Assembly: GCA_028867755.1 (NCBI GenBank)
Contig: JAGWFT010000002.1
Coordinates: 128,001 to 192,000, forward strand
Source: Nitrososphaerota archaeon
GTDB lineage: Archaea > Thermoproteota > Nitrososphaeria > Nitrososphaerales > Nitrosopumilaceae
Reading direction: 5' to 3'
DNA length: 64,000 nt
Shown in pieces: positions 38,997 through 48,996 of the stretch (positions are counted from its first letter, which is position 1; the number at the start of each line of letters is the position of its first letter). Under the pieces are notes generated by a model. The model made no database searches and was not told the origin of the DNA. It worked only from the letters and a program-made list of their open reading frames with translations. Both the position numbers and the translations under genes were made by a program.

Positions 38997-40129
38997 ATTA
39001 TAGCCAAGATTTCATCTACACGTGCGTCTGTCTTAAAGGCTGCAGGATTAAGACTTGTCGCACTTGCTCTAAAACCAGATTTTTGAAGCTTTTCTATTGT
39101 TTTTGCAAGTGAAATTGGTGCAGACTGCTTTATGTGAGCTATCTCGTCAATTGTGAAATATGTGGGAGGCATATCGATTTCAGCCTTGCATTTTTCTAGT
39201 ATTTTTTTACATGATTTGTCCACTTGAAATTGGTTTTCTTCAACAATCATGTCATTTACAAAGTCCTTGGTGTAGAGATTTCCAATCCAGAGTGGACCTG
39301 CAAGTTCTGCCTTTGAATTACAAACTTTGCATTCATGGCTAGTCTCTTTTGTAATGTGTCTATTGCCACATTTTTTACAATGTAATATGTAGCCTATTTC
39401 CTCGTCATCACCTGTTCTGACAAGTACCTTGACGTATGTCTTGTAGTAATGCATATTATTTTGTACAAATAGCGGTACTATTTTTACATCTAGTCTTCCT
39501 GCAACCATGCTTATGCATCCAAGAATTAGTCTGAGTGCAATCTCATTGCCATATTCAGTTCTAACTGGGACACCATAGTATTTTCGCTTACAAGCAACAG
39601 GAAATAATCCGTGCAATACTGTAAGATCTGTGGCTGTGGCAGACAGAAGGCCACCATGAAATGTAGCTCTAATCCCACAATCTAGGTACCTAGATGGAGA
39701 TCCAAAAGGATCTATGTCTACAATTGCTCCTCTTTGTTCTCTTTTGGAGTGCAAGCTAAGAAACCTACAAGCTTCATTTTCAGAAAAAATACAATTTGTA
39801 ACATTGTTTAATTTAGCAATGTTCTCAGCAATCTCTAAGGCCTTTGGGTTTACGTCATTGATGAAAACTTTTTCTATAATATTCAATTCGTTTGCGGCTC
39901 TGATGCTTCTTGCACCTATGCCTGAAAGCGAATCAAGCAAGATTTTTGGTCCCTTGAAATTTTTTAGGAAAGTAGCATATGCTATTATTGAAAAGTCTCT
40001 GCTCACCTTTGCTCTTGGATTGAAGAAAGCAGGCTCTCTGGGAGGGGCTTTCTCTACTAATGATTCCTTAGGTACTAGGAGCTTGGTTGTACCCTCAACT
40101 ATCTCGGCAAGATCTGATTCCAACTGCAT
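38993..40129 (-). CDS. trm1: tRNA (guanine26-N2)-dimethyltransferase
   Basis: AFFNP...RD, SGIGAR, DIDPFGSP, TATD, LAGPLW. Confidence 0.94.
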   Translation of the reverse strand: MQLESDLAEIVEGTTKLLVPKESLVEKAPPREPAFFNPRAKVSRDFSIIAYATFLKNFKGPKILLDSLSGIGARSIRAANELNIIEKVFINDVNPKALEIAENIAKLNNVTNCIFSENEACRFLSLHSKREQRGAIVDIDPFGSPSRYLDCGIRATFHGGLLSATATDLTVLHGLFPVACKRKYYGVPVRTEYGNEIALRLILGCISMVAGRLDVKIVPLFVQNNMHYYKTYVKVLVRTGDDEEIGYILHCKKCGNRHITKETSHECKVCNSKAELAGPLWIGNLYTKDFVNDMIVEENQFQVDKSCKKILEKCKAEIDMPPTYFTIDEIAHIKQSAPISLAKTIEKLQKSGFRASATSLNPAAFKTDARVDEILAII

Positions 40130-40205
40130 GATGTAATCTAAAATGAATTAATAAGTTAAAATGTACGCACTAACGCTCAGGCAAGCCACGGAATTTTTGT
40201 AAAAT

Positions 40206-40555
40206 TTAATGATCTAAAACAGGTAATAAGATGTGAATTTGAGTTCCCCCATTGACTCCTGATTCTGCCCAGATTTTGCCACCATGACTTTCAATTATGC
40301 CTTTACAAACAGATAAACCAAGTCCAGTTCCACCATGCTCTCTTGTGGAAGATGTAGAACCAGAGGTTCGCTTTATCTCAGCACCACTCCAACCGTCTGG
40401 TATTGCAACTTGAACTCTATAGTTGGTGTTAACATACGTTGTTCCATTTACGGGAGTACGTGTTCCTTGAAATTGGTGCTGGCCTGAGTTGCAAATATTG
40501 AACCTGCAAAAAAGATGATCGCTACAAACCCTAAAAATAAAATAGTTTTCAACAC
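40206..40555 (-). pseudogene. Chimeric pseudogene: signal peptide + secreted-protein start fused to histidine-kinase ATPase C-terminus
   Basis: MLKTILFLGFVAIIFFAGSIFATQA, then a frameshift to QFQGTRTPVNGTTYVNTNYRVQVAIPDGWSGAEIKRTSGST, then SSTREHGGTGLGLSVCKGIIESHGGKIWAESGVNGGTQIHILLPVLDH* (G2 box). Confidence 0.8.
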
Positions 40556-40711
40556 GTAAACTTGGTTTTCATATATTTATGGATTGGTAAACATTGTTCT
40601 TGATGAGAACTTTTTATTTTGTTGAAGAATAAAAATTACAGTTAAAGATATTTCTACATTACTGATGATTCCTACCCGAACCTTAAGTACAAAAATCGAC
40701 GAATCAAAATC

Positions 40712-41287
40712 ATGAAGACATTCATTCTTCTTTTGTTTCTAACAGGCTCACTAATGATACCAATGGGATTGTCATCAGCTGAATCAGAAGATCAGTCAAG
40801 CAAAAACAATTCTGCCTCTTCACAGTATGGCACACTTTCGTTTGTAGACTATTCTAGCGCTACAGGGGAAGGTATAGGCCAACAAACCTCTGATTTTGTG
40901 CATAAATCCAAAGAATTACTTAAAGAACAAAGGCAAGAAACACTTGCCTCGATAAAAGAAACTCATGCAAAAATTCATGATACATCTATACAAGAGAAGA
41001 AAACAATAACTGAGCAGCGCAAAAATGAAATGACAGCAATTAAAGAAAAATCCCACACAGAAACACAACAATTTCAAACACTTTTCAAAGACTTTAGAAA
41101 TAGTGTCATTGAACTAGGACATGGCAAAGGCTCTGGTTCAAATCAAGATGGAAATACTACATCGAAAATAAATAACAAAGCTTCCATAGATCAAATACTA
41201 TCAGGTATCACGCACACGTCAAACTCTTCTGCCCTGTATGAACATGTAAACCGCAGTACTTCCAATCACTCTCATGGAAAGCATTAA
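40712..41287 (+). CDS. Secreted hypothetical protein (coiled-coil)
   Basis: MKTFILLLFL...SSA signal peptide; charged helical middle. Confidence 0.75.
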   Translation: MKTFILLLFLTGSLMIPMGLSSAESEDQSSKNNSASSQYGTLSFVDYSSATGEGIGQQTSDFVHKSKELLKEQRQETLASIKETHAKIHDTSIQEKKTITEQRKNEMTAIKEKSHTETQQFQTLFKDFRNSVIELGHGKGSGSNQDGNTTSKINNKASIDQILSGITHTSNSSALYEHVNRSTSNHSHGKH

Positions 41288-41365
41288 AATTGTACATTGT
41301 AGAAAAGTGAGTACAAAAAATCAAGACCTACACAATTTAATACATCTAGCGAAAAAACAATTCAA

Positions 41366-41986
41366 ATGTTAGTCTGCGGGGTTGATGATGCTGGAAGAGG
41401 CTCAGTACTGGGCCCGCTTGTTATTGCAGGCATACGCATAGAGCGTAAAAAAATAAAACAGCTTTCTGATATTGGGGTCAAAGACTCAAAGCAGCTTAGC
41501 CCTTATGCACGTGAGAATTTGTACAAAAAAATACTTGCAATCGTAGATGATTACTATGTGGCAAAAATCTCTCCACGTATAATAGATCAAAGCGTAAAAA
41601 AGAATGCGCTAAACCAACTGGAGGGAAGATACATGGCCAAAGTAATTGCTAAACTAAAGCCTGATTCTGCATATGTTGATTCATGTGATGTAAATCCAAA
41701 AAGATTTGGTTTGTTAATTTCGAAACTTGCTCACATTAACAAAGTATACTCAAGCCATCATGCTGATCAGAGATTTCCAGTAGTTTCTGCAGCTTCTATT
41801 ATAGCCAAGGTGAACAGAGACAGGGCTATTGAGAAGATAAGGAAAAATTTTGATGTGGGAAGCGGCTATCCGTCAGATTCTAAGACAATGAATTTCATAA
41901 AAAAAGCCATTGACTTGGATGGTGTACCGCCAAAATTTGTGAGAAAGAGTTGGAAGCCAGTTAAGATCTTGCTTGGCATGAGCTAA
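41366..41986 (+). CDS. rnhB: Ribonuclease HII
   Basis: GVDDAGRG, KDSK, SAASIIAKV, GSGYPSD. Confidence 0.95.
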   Translation: MLVCGVDDAGRGSVLGPLVIAGIRIERKKIKQLSDIGVKDSKQLSPYARENLYKKILAIVDDYYVAKISPRIIDQSVKKNALNQLEGRYMAKVIAKLKPDSAYVDSCDVNPKRFGLLISKLAHINKVYSSHHADQRFPVVSAASIIAKVNRDRAIEKIRKNFDVGSGYPSDSKTMNFIKKAIDLDGVPPKFVRKSWKPVKILLGMS

Positions 41987-42661
41987 TTATCCTAGATATT
42001 TTGCAACAATCATGCTATGATCCTTCTCATACGGCTCCAAGTTAAGCTCTTGGACTATCTCAAAATTGTCTTTTAATTTTCTGGCCTCATTGCGAGTTAT
42101 CTCTGAAGGATCTTTAGTAACGTCTATGCTTCGTGTTTTTATTACAAGCATCATGTAACCGTCTTTTTTTAGATATGTCTTGCAATTTAGTATTGCAATC
42201 TCTGTCTGGTCTGGCTGTGCAATGTCTACATAAACAACATCAACTCCCCCATACACTGAAAAGTACTCTTTAGGATTTCTTGCGTCTTGAAGAATGGGTA
42301 CAATGTTTGCCCTGTAAGATGCAACTCTGTCAAGAAATTCTCGTGCAACTCTGCTTGTGTGCTCGACGCAAAATACAATTCCGCTTGGACCTACAATGTC
42401 TGAAACATGGCTTGCAGTAGTTCCAGTGGAGACTCCAAGATAAAGAACTCGTGACTTTCTAACTATCGGAAGCATTCCAAGATTATTCATTATGGCGGCA
42501 CCAAGCTTACTCCTAAACGGATCCCAGGCCCTGAATTCTTCGTCACTGATTTTGACTAGTTTTTCTTTGTAAACTTGATTTCCTGGAACGAGATTTAAAG
42601 TAGCGAGTTTTTTTTCTCCATCTATTTTAACCCAGAAAATGTTACCTTCTTCGTTTTCCAA
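41987..42661 (-). CDS. flpA: Fibrillarin-like rRNA 2'-O-methyltransferase
   Basis: WDPFRSKL, LYLG-GTT-SHVSD, PILQDAR, DIAQPDQ, PYEKDH; start placed at TTG 42661. Confidence 0.95.
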   Translation of the reverse strand: MENEEGNIFWVKIDGEKKLATLNLVPGNQVYKEKLVKISDEEFRAWDPFRSKLGAAIMNNLGMLPIVRKSRVLYLGVSTGTTASHVSDIVGPSGIVFCVEHTSRVAREFLDRVASYRANIVPILQDARNPKEYFSVYGGVDVVYVDIAQPDQTEIAILNCKTYLKKDGYMMLVIKTRSIDVTKDPSEITRNEARKLKDNFEIVQELNLEPYEKDHSMIVAKYLG

Positions 42662-43904
42662 ATTTCCTTCGTTTTGACTTTTGCCAGTCGTTCTTTTTGT
42701 CTCTTTGTCTGCCAAAATCACCTTGTCTTCCATCTCTGCGTTCAAAAGGTCTACGTTGTTGGCGTTGTACTGGTATTGGAGGCCTCTCAGGAGGTTCTTT
42801 GTATTTTTCTCCAATCTCGCCTATTCTTACATTTAATTTTTCAAAGAGTGTATCGTTTCTTCCTGCTCCAAAGACATCTACTCTGGCAGCAAGAGCCGCT
42901 TTTGCTGCAATTGCTCTTGCAATCTTACCCCGCTGCCACTTGGGAGCTGCATGAACAAGAGTATGCTGGAACAGTAAACCATGTTTTGGAGGCTGTGCAC
43001 CAGTTTTCAGAGAACGGAAAAGTGCTTTTTCTGCTCCTAGGATTTGAATCGTACTTGCAGGCATGGTGGCTAGTCTTTTGAGACTGCCTGCTCTTCCAAG
43101 TATCCTGGCCCCCACCGAAGTTCCTAAAATTACAGAAATATTTGGAGCTATTGTCTGCATCTGTGTCTCTATGTGTTTTTCTAAAGTTGCCCTCAACTCA
43201 AACAATTCCAAGATCTGTTTTGCAATGCTTTGTACTATTGCAAGATTTTCATTAGAAATTTGACCTCCCCTGCTCTTTGCTTGCAAGAGAGACAACATCT
43301 CTACCTTTTCATCAGGAAATCCTGCGTCAGCATATACTTTTTGATTGAGATCATCTCTACGACCAGCTAGAACTATTTTAGAATAACCAATAATTGTATC
43401 AATTAGATTATCCAATTCTGGAAAGTGAAGACCGTACCACTCTCTGAGTCTTGAGCTTAACAGATTGATAATCTTGTCAGTCTCATCCAATACGTTAATG
43501 GCTTGAATGATGTGAAGATCGGGGCTTTCTGATATTTCCGTAACCTTTGAAGAGGACAGTTGCATTGCAAACTCTCTTAATTTTCCCCTCGCATCACCTT
43601 CATTTGTTGCAAAACCCGAATCTACAAGAACTCTGAGTTTGGATGATTGGATTGTTTCAATCTTGTTCTCCTCCATAAGTTCGGCATCTATTGATTTTTT
43701 CCTTAGTATTTTGAGAAGGCTTGTGTCGTTAACAGATATGCCTGTTCCTATCTTGGAAAGGAATTGTTCAAGCTCGTTAATGTTAGCCAATTCCTTTTTT
43801 ACTTCGATGTATTCCTTTGCAGAATTTCTAAATGGAATTGATTTTACACATTTGTTGTTATCAAAAATTGCTATGCCGAGCTCTGTTAGAATTACAGAAT
43901 GCAT
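42642..43904 (-). CDS. nop5: C/D-box RNP protein Nop5 (Nop56/58)
   Basis: LREWYGLHFPEL, IAPN, PASTIQILGAEKALF, PKHG, GKIARAIA. Confidence 0.95.
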   Translation of the reverse strand: MHSVILTELGIAIFDNNKCVKSIPFRNSAKEYIEVKKELANINELEQFLSKIGTGISVNDTSLLKILRKKSIDAELMEENKIETIQSSKLRVLVDSGFATNEGDARGKLREFAMQLSSSKVTEISESPDLHIIQAINVLDETDKIINLLSSRLREWYGLHFPELDNLIDTIIGYSKIVLAGRRDDLNQKVYADAGFPDEKVEMLSLLQAKSRGGQISNENLAIVQSIAKQILELFELRATLEKHIETQMQTIAPNISVILGTSVGARILGRAGSLKRLATMPASTIQILGAEKALFRSLKTGAQPPKHGLLFQHTLVHAAPKWQRGKIARAIAAKAALAARVDVFGAGRNDTLFEKLNVRIGEIGEKYKEPPERPPIPVQRQQRRPFERRDGRQGDFGRQRDKKNDWQKSKRRKFGKRRR

Positions 43905-43991
43905 ACAAGGCATTTCCATGTCTTACTAAAAAAGGTAACATTAGAGGACTCGTATCAACTGTTATAAGAGAACCAATTTTTATAATTAGAA

Positions 43992-44900
43992 GTGACTCCC
44001 GACATCTCGACAAATGTGGGGCCAATATCACTTGAACGACCCACAATGCTTGCCTCAGGCATTCTTGGTATTTCACTTGAAGTTTTTGCTCGCTTATATA
44101 AGGAAGGAGCAGGTGCGCTTGTAACAAAATCACTAAGCAAGGAACCTTGGGAGGGATATCCAAATCCTACTGTAGTTGGAGTCAAAAGTGGATATCTAAA
44201 TGCGGTTGGACTTTCAAATCCTGGAGCAGAATATTTTGCAAAGATGATCTCATCTAACAAAACTATTCCAATTGTTGTCAGCTTGGTCGGTTCTATTCCA
44301 GAAGACTTTACTTTTATGATAAAACAATTTGAGAACGCCAAGGTTCTTGCTTACGAGTTAAACCTATCATGCCCTCACGTTGAAAAAGTAGGACTTGAAG
44401 TAGGCGATGATCCTAATCTTGTACAAAAAATAGTAAAAGAAGTAAAACAAGCATCAAAGGTTCCAGTAATAGCCAAAGTAGGTCTTGGCTCATCTGATTA
44501 TCTAGAAACAGTAAGAGCATCTTGTGAAGCAGGCATCGATGCGATAACTGCAATAAATACAGTAAGGGCAATGGCAATTGATGTTGAAACTATGCGGCCA
44601 ATTCTTAGTCACAAAATAGGAGGACTGTCGGGAACTCCAATAAAGCCAATTGCAGTACGATGTGTTTATGAAATCTCGTCAAAATTTGACATTCCAATCA
44701 TGGGATGTGGCGGAGTGTCAAGCTGGGAAGATGCAGTTGAATTCATACTTGGGGGTGCTAGCGCAGTACAAATTGGAAGTGCCATTGCAGAAAAATGGGT
44801 TGGAACATTCTCTGAAATAAACAGCGGAATATCAAAATACATGGAAAAGAAAAATTTTCAGAAGATTGGTGATATGGTTGGCATTGCAAAGAAATACTGA
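43992..44900 (+). CDS. pyrD: Dihydroorotate dehydrogenase B, catalytic subunit
   Basis: LASG, NAVGLSNPG, ELNLSCPH, INT, GGLSG. Confidence 0.94.
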   Translation: MTPDISTNVGPISLERPTMLASGILGISLEVFARLYKEGAGALVTKSLSKEPWEGYPNPTVVGVKSGYLNAVGLSNPGAEYFAKMISSNKTIPIVVSLVGSIPEDFTFMIKQFENAKVLAYELNLSCPHVEKVGLEVGDDPNLVQKIVKEVKQASKVPVIAKVGLGSSDYLETVRASCEAGIDAITAINTVRAMAIDVETMRPILSHKIGGLSGTPIKPIAVRCVYEISSKFDIPIMGCGGVSSWEDAVEFILGGASAVQIGSAIAEKWVGTFSEINSGISKYMEKKNFQKIGDMVGIAKKY

Positions 44901-44910
44901 TTCCTCAACC

Positions 44911-45696
44911 ATGGTCACAATTGAGAAGGTAATTGATGAAACTCCAACTGTGCGTACTCTGGTCTTTTCTGATGACTTTTTAGCAAATGTATTGCCAGGA
45001 CAGTTTGCAATGGTTTGGATTCCAGGAACAAACGAGCTTCCAATGAGTGTAATGGTATCCCAAGAAAAAGGAAAAGCAGCCTTTACGGTTAGAAAACATG
45101 GCTTGTCCTCAACAGCACTTTATTCTGTAAAAGCAGGTGAACAAATTGGAGTTAGGGGGCCATATGGAAATTCCTTTACCATAAAGCAGGGAAGATTATT
45201 GCTTGTGGGAGGAGGAACCGGACTTGTTCCTCTAATGCGACTAGTGACATTTTTGAAAAAGACTAATGATGTGACAGTAATAATGGGAGCTAAAACAAAA
45301 CAAGAAGTTTTCTTTGATGGATTGGCAAATAAACTTCTAGAGCAAAACAAACACAAAGTTCTAGTGGTAACTGAGGACGGAACACATGGACAATCAGGAT
45401 TAGTAACAGACGTAATGCAAAGATTGCTCAAAGAAAGTACATTTGATGCAGTTTACACCTGTGGACCTGAAAAAATGATGCACAAAGTAGTACAACTTGC
45501 TTTTGAAAAAGGAATCTATGCTGAAGCAAGTATTGAAAGAATGATGAAATGTGGGATGGGACTCTGCGGAAGTTGTTGCTTTGGCGATGTCTTGGCATGC
45601 AAAGATGGCACGGTGTTTGATGGCCAATACTTGCTTACAAACAAGGAATTTGGATACACTCATAGAAGTAAGTCAGGCATATTAGAAAACTATTAG
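44911..45696 (+). CDS. pyrK: Dihydroorotate dehydrogenase electron-transfer subunit
   Basis: PGQFAM, RGPYG, GGGTG, CGPE, MKCGMGLCGSC. Confidence 0.93.
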   Translation: MVTIEKVIDETPTVRTLVFSDDFLANVLPGQFAMVWIPGTNELPMSVMVSQEKGKAAFTVRKHGLSSTALYSVKAGEQIGVRGPYGNSFTIKQGRLLLVGGGTGLVPLMRLVTFLKKTNDVTVIMGAKTKQEVFFDGLANKLLEQNKHKVLVVTEDGTHGQSGLVTDVMQRLLKESTFDAVYTCGPEKMMHKVVQLAFEKGIYAEASIERMMKCGMGLCGSCCFGDVLACKDGTVFDGQYLLTNKEFGYTHRSKSGILENY

Positions 45697-45757
45697 ATTT
45701 TAGACTCGGAAATACGGGAAACCTTAAAATGCTATAGAAATTCATTGAGATTGAAAA

Positions 45758-47482
45758 TTGGGTCACCCAAAAGTTGTATTAAGTGCTGATCGTACGTTAA
45801 TGTCGCCTTATCGTGGGATATCTTTAGCTACATTCTTTGGATGTGCTCCTGCAATTGATCCTCACAGACCAAAGAACAGTATGTGGTATTTTCTTTTAAA
45901 AAATCAAGTAACTCCTAAGGTACTTTTCGATTTCATTTGTAATCCAATCACACATACAAATGGAGTTGCTAACTTTGCACCATATGGACTACGAAAAGTA
46001 GAGGCTGCTCTGTTGAGAGATGGCTACAGAAGAGAAGATGTTGTAGTTGCACATCCAGATCACATTGACAAATTCATCGGTCCTGAAACCGAAGTTGTTG
46101 GTACATACGAAATGGACCCATTAGGAATGGGGCCTGTTACGATGACTTTCACTTATGGTAGAAAACAGACGTCATATGATGAATTTTACAACGCAGATTT
46201 ACACAAGAAAATCAATGAAGCAAAGAAAAAGAATGGAAGCCATGCCAAGGTAATTGTTGGTGCATCTGGAACTTGGCAATACAACTATGATCCAAAGAAA
46301 ATCCAAGAATATGGTTTGTATGCCGTATTGGAAGGAGAGCTTGGTGGCATTGCTCCTGAAATAGATGGCCACGCAGGTCAATTCTTTAACAAACTAATCG
46401 GCGGAGAATTTGATAACATGAATCCTTTTGTTAAAAGTGATTTCAAAGTTGAAGTAAAAGAATTTGGAAGAGATAATGACAAGTTTCACGGAAGATTCAT
46501 CCATTATTGGGATGAGCCTGAAATTGATCAAATTCCTGATATTGTGGAACCTAGCATGCACGGAATGGTTGAGGTCATGCGAGGCTGTGGTAGAGGTTGT
46601 AAATTCTGTGATGTTACTTTACGACCTCTCAGATACTATCCTCCAGAGAAAGTAAAAAGAGAGATTGAAATTAACATAAAAAAAGGCGGACAAAAAAATG
46701 CTTGGCTGCATAGTGATGATATCTTTGTGTACGGTCTTGACCCGAAAAAGACAAAGAACATGGCACCAAACAGGGAGGCACTTGAAGAGCTATTCACGGC
46801 AGTAATGTCTACTGGTATAGTTCACACAAATCCTACTCACGGTACACTTGCAGGTGCAATAGCTGATGAAAAATTAATTCCAAACATTTCAAAAATTATC
46901 AGATCAAGTGTAGAGAACAAGATTGGAATTCAGTGTGGATTTGAGACAGGAAGCCTCAGACTAATCGGAAAATATGCTGATAGAAAATTATCACCATACA
47001 AACCAGAAGAATGGCACTGGGTTGTAAAAGAAGGTGTAAAGACACTAAACGAGAATCACTGGATACCTGCATTTACACTCATCATGGGCCTTGACAATGC
47101 AGAGACCGAAGAGGATGCATGGGAGACAATACGCCTCATAAACGAACTAGAAAGAGAACAGCCAGAATCCATGTTTACTACAACACCTTTGACTTTTGTT
47201 CCAATTGGATTACTTGAAAAATCAGAGTTCTTCGATATTGGAAATGAGATGACTGCAGCTCAGCTGGGTGTAATGTACAAGACATGGCAGCACAACTTCA
47301 AGTATGGAATTCAAAAGTTCATGGACAAGACAGGACACAACAGCACAGTCAAGAGAAAGTTGTTCACAGCACTTGCAAAATCTCTAGGTGGTGTTCCATT
47401 GGGTGCAATGGAAAAGTTTGCAAGAAAGAAAGGCGGAGAACACGAAAGAGTAATTGAAACAATCAAAGCCAAATACTGGTAG
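45758..47482 (+). CDS. Radical SAM protein resembling GDGT ring synthase (Grs) family
   Basis: GCGRGCKFC 4Fe-4S motif; N-terminal ADRTLMS, APYGLRKVEAAL, DPLG motifs that I recall from Grs-type proteins. Confidence 0.65.
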   Translation: MGHPKVVLSADRTLMSPYRGISLATFFGCAPAIDPHRPKNSMWYFLLKNQVTPKVLFDFICNPITHTNGVANFAPYGLRKVEAALLRDGYRREDVVVAHPDHIDKFIGPETEVVGTYEMDPLGMGPVTMTFTYGRKQTSYDEFYNADLHKKINEAKKKNGSHAKVIVGASGTWQYNYDPKKIQEYGLYAVLEGELGGIAPEIDGHAGQFFNKLIGGEFDNMNPFVKSDFKVEVKEFGRDNDKFHGRFIHYWDEPEIDQIPDIVEPSMHGMVEVMRGCGRGCKFCDVTLRPLRYYPPEKVKREIEINIKKGGQKNAWLHSDDIFVYGLDPKKTKNMAPNREALEELFTAVMSTGIVHTNPTHGTLAGAIADEKLIPNISKIIRSSVENKIGIQCGFETGSLRLIGKYADRKLSPYKPEEWHWVVKEGVKTLNENHWIPAFTLIMGLDNAETEEDAWETIRLINELEREQPESMFTTTPLTFVPIGLLEKSEFFDIGNEMTAAQLGVMYKTWQHNFKYGIQKFMDKTGHNSTVKRKLFTALAKSLGGVPLGAMEKFARKKGGEHERVIETIKAKYW

Positions 47483-47522
47483 AAACCAAATACATAAATT
47501 GCATTAAAAGACAAAGTGATTC

Positions 47523-47702
47523 GTGCCAACTCACGGATCGCTTACTAAAGCAGGTAAAGTTAGAGGCCAAACTCCAAAAGTTCCAGCAAGAGAAAGGCAT
47601 GGAGAAATTGGCAGTGCAAGAAATCGTGATAATTTTAGAAAAAGATTCATCCTAAAACGAGTTCCTGGACAAAATAAACCAGGCCAAAGAAGAAGAAAGT
47701 AA
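47523..47702 (+). CDS. rps30e: 30S ribosomal protein S30e (absent from ORF track)
   Basis: GTG start: MPTHGSLTKAGKVRGQTPKV...RRRK*. Confidence 0.95.
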   Translation: MPTHGSLTKAGKVRGQTPKVPARERHGEIGSARNRDNFRKRFILKRVPGQNKPGQRRRK

Positions 47703-47788
47703 AATCATAATTTTACTGTATTTTACAAAAAACTCCCTTAACCCAGTAACAGAATCCTTTTTTATAGTTAAAGACGGGGAATCTTTGA

Positions 47789-48043
47789 ATGTCTATATCT
47801 GAATCCAACTCTGTTGGCTGTTCCAAATTAATTGACGTGCGAGGTTGCCAAGAATCAAAACCGACCAAGCAGGGAAAGCATTATTCTGTTGATATCAATA
47901 ACGACCCGCGAGTTCTCTTCAAGGATACAATAGGTAATGGAAGAGAGATGAAGTTCAAGCGAAACTCTACTATTACCATAACAAGTGAGAAGATATTTTA
48001 TAATCGAGACGATGTGGAAATAAAGCCTGCTAGCATAACCTAG
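47789..48043 (+). CDS. Hypothetical protein
   Basis: 84-aa ORF with TTTTTATAG about 25 nt upstream; no recognised motif. Confidence 0.45.
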   Translation: MSISESNSVGCSKLIDVRGCQESKPTKQGKHYSVDINNDPRVLFKDTIGNGREMKFKRNSTITITSEKIFYNRDDVEIKPASIT

Positions 48044-48181
48044 TCAATTTGTAAATATTAATTTTACAAGTAGCGATGATTATAGAGAAAGAAAACCAAG
48101 TCAAACATGTACACATGAATAGAACTGTATCGCGAAGAACTAGAGAAAACATAATTGTGTGTAATTATATTACAGTATAGT

Positions 48182-48352
48182 ATGGACGACCCTACACTAG
48201 GAGTAAAAAAGAAATTCAAAGAATACCAGGTAAAAACAGACGATCTTCTAGAAGATATAGGAAACGTATTAACGGATTTTGAGAAAAAGAAAGATCCACA
48301 ACTATTGTATGAAGGAATTAAAGAATTGGTAAAAAAGTTCTCAGATGTATAA
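48182..48352 (+). CDS. Small helical hypothetical protein
   Basis: MDDPTLGVKKKFKEYQ...KFSDV*; amphipathic. Confidence 0.45.
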   Translation: MDDPTLGVKKKFKEYQVKTDDLLEDIGNVLTDFEKKKDPQLLYEGIKELVKKFSDV

Positions 48353-48379
48353 ATGGACAAAACTTGACAGAAAGAAAAG

Positions 48380-48514
48380 AATACCTATCTCAGATCACAC
48401 ATGGGATTAGAGGGAAAAACTCCTAGTGAAGCCTGTGGCATCAAGATAGAAGGAGATAACAAGTGGGTTACATTGATACAAAATGCAGTAAGGGATAAAC
48501 ATCTTCCAAACTGA
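48380..48514 (+). mobile_element. C-terminal remnant of a DDE transposase/integrase
   Basis: NTYLRSHMGLEGKTPSEACGIKIEGDNKWVTLIQNA matches the HNxxRPHxxLxGKTPAE tail; no catalytic core or start upstream (stop at 48365). Confidence 0.7.
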
Positions 48515-48576
48515 GTAACTTTTCAGTTGTTTCGTCTGGTGTCATAAATCAAATAAAATATGATGAAATTAGAGAA

Positions 48577-48867
48577 CTATTTTTTCAGGCTTTCTATTTC
48601 GGCTTTCAGTTGCTCAATCTCTGTTCTTAGATTAATTATAGTAACCGCATGTTTGTTCATTTGATCCCCCATTTGAGAAACTAGATTGTACAACACAACT
48701 ACTTGCTTCAATATTCCACTGTCTACATCAGCCCTTCTTTTTATCTCTGGGTCTGTTGCATTTCTTGATTCTAAACCATATCCAGCTATTATCTCATTAA
48801 GTTCTGAGATCCTCTTTTGCATGTTATCTTTTGCTTGATCTACTTTAGCTCTATCTTCTCTCTCCAC
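48577..48867 (-). CDS. Coiled-coil hypothetical protein
   Basis: Heptad-rich 96 aa. Confidence 0.6.
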   Translation of the reverse strand: MEREDRAKVDQAKDNMQKRISELNEIIAGYGLESRNATDPEIKRRADVDSGILKQVVVLYNLVSQMGDQMNKHAVTIINLRTEIEQLKAEIESLKK

Positions 48868-48996
48868 GCTGAGAAAACTAGGTTCTAAAACTTAAACTTA
48901 CCAACCGATCTTAACAGGTTTAGAAAACAATCGCAAACCTAACAGTTCCTCAAATCAATATCTTTATTAGGTACTCGTACCGTAACATACGGTAAG

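Noticed and set aside
42662-42814. Long N-terminal extension of fibrillarin in the ORF track
   Set aside because: Lies inside nop5 in another frame; TTG 42661 gives a normal protein
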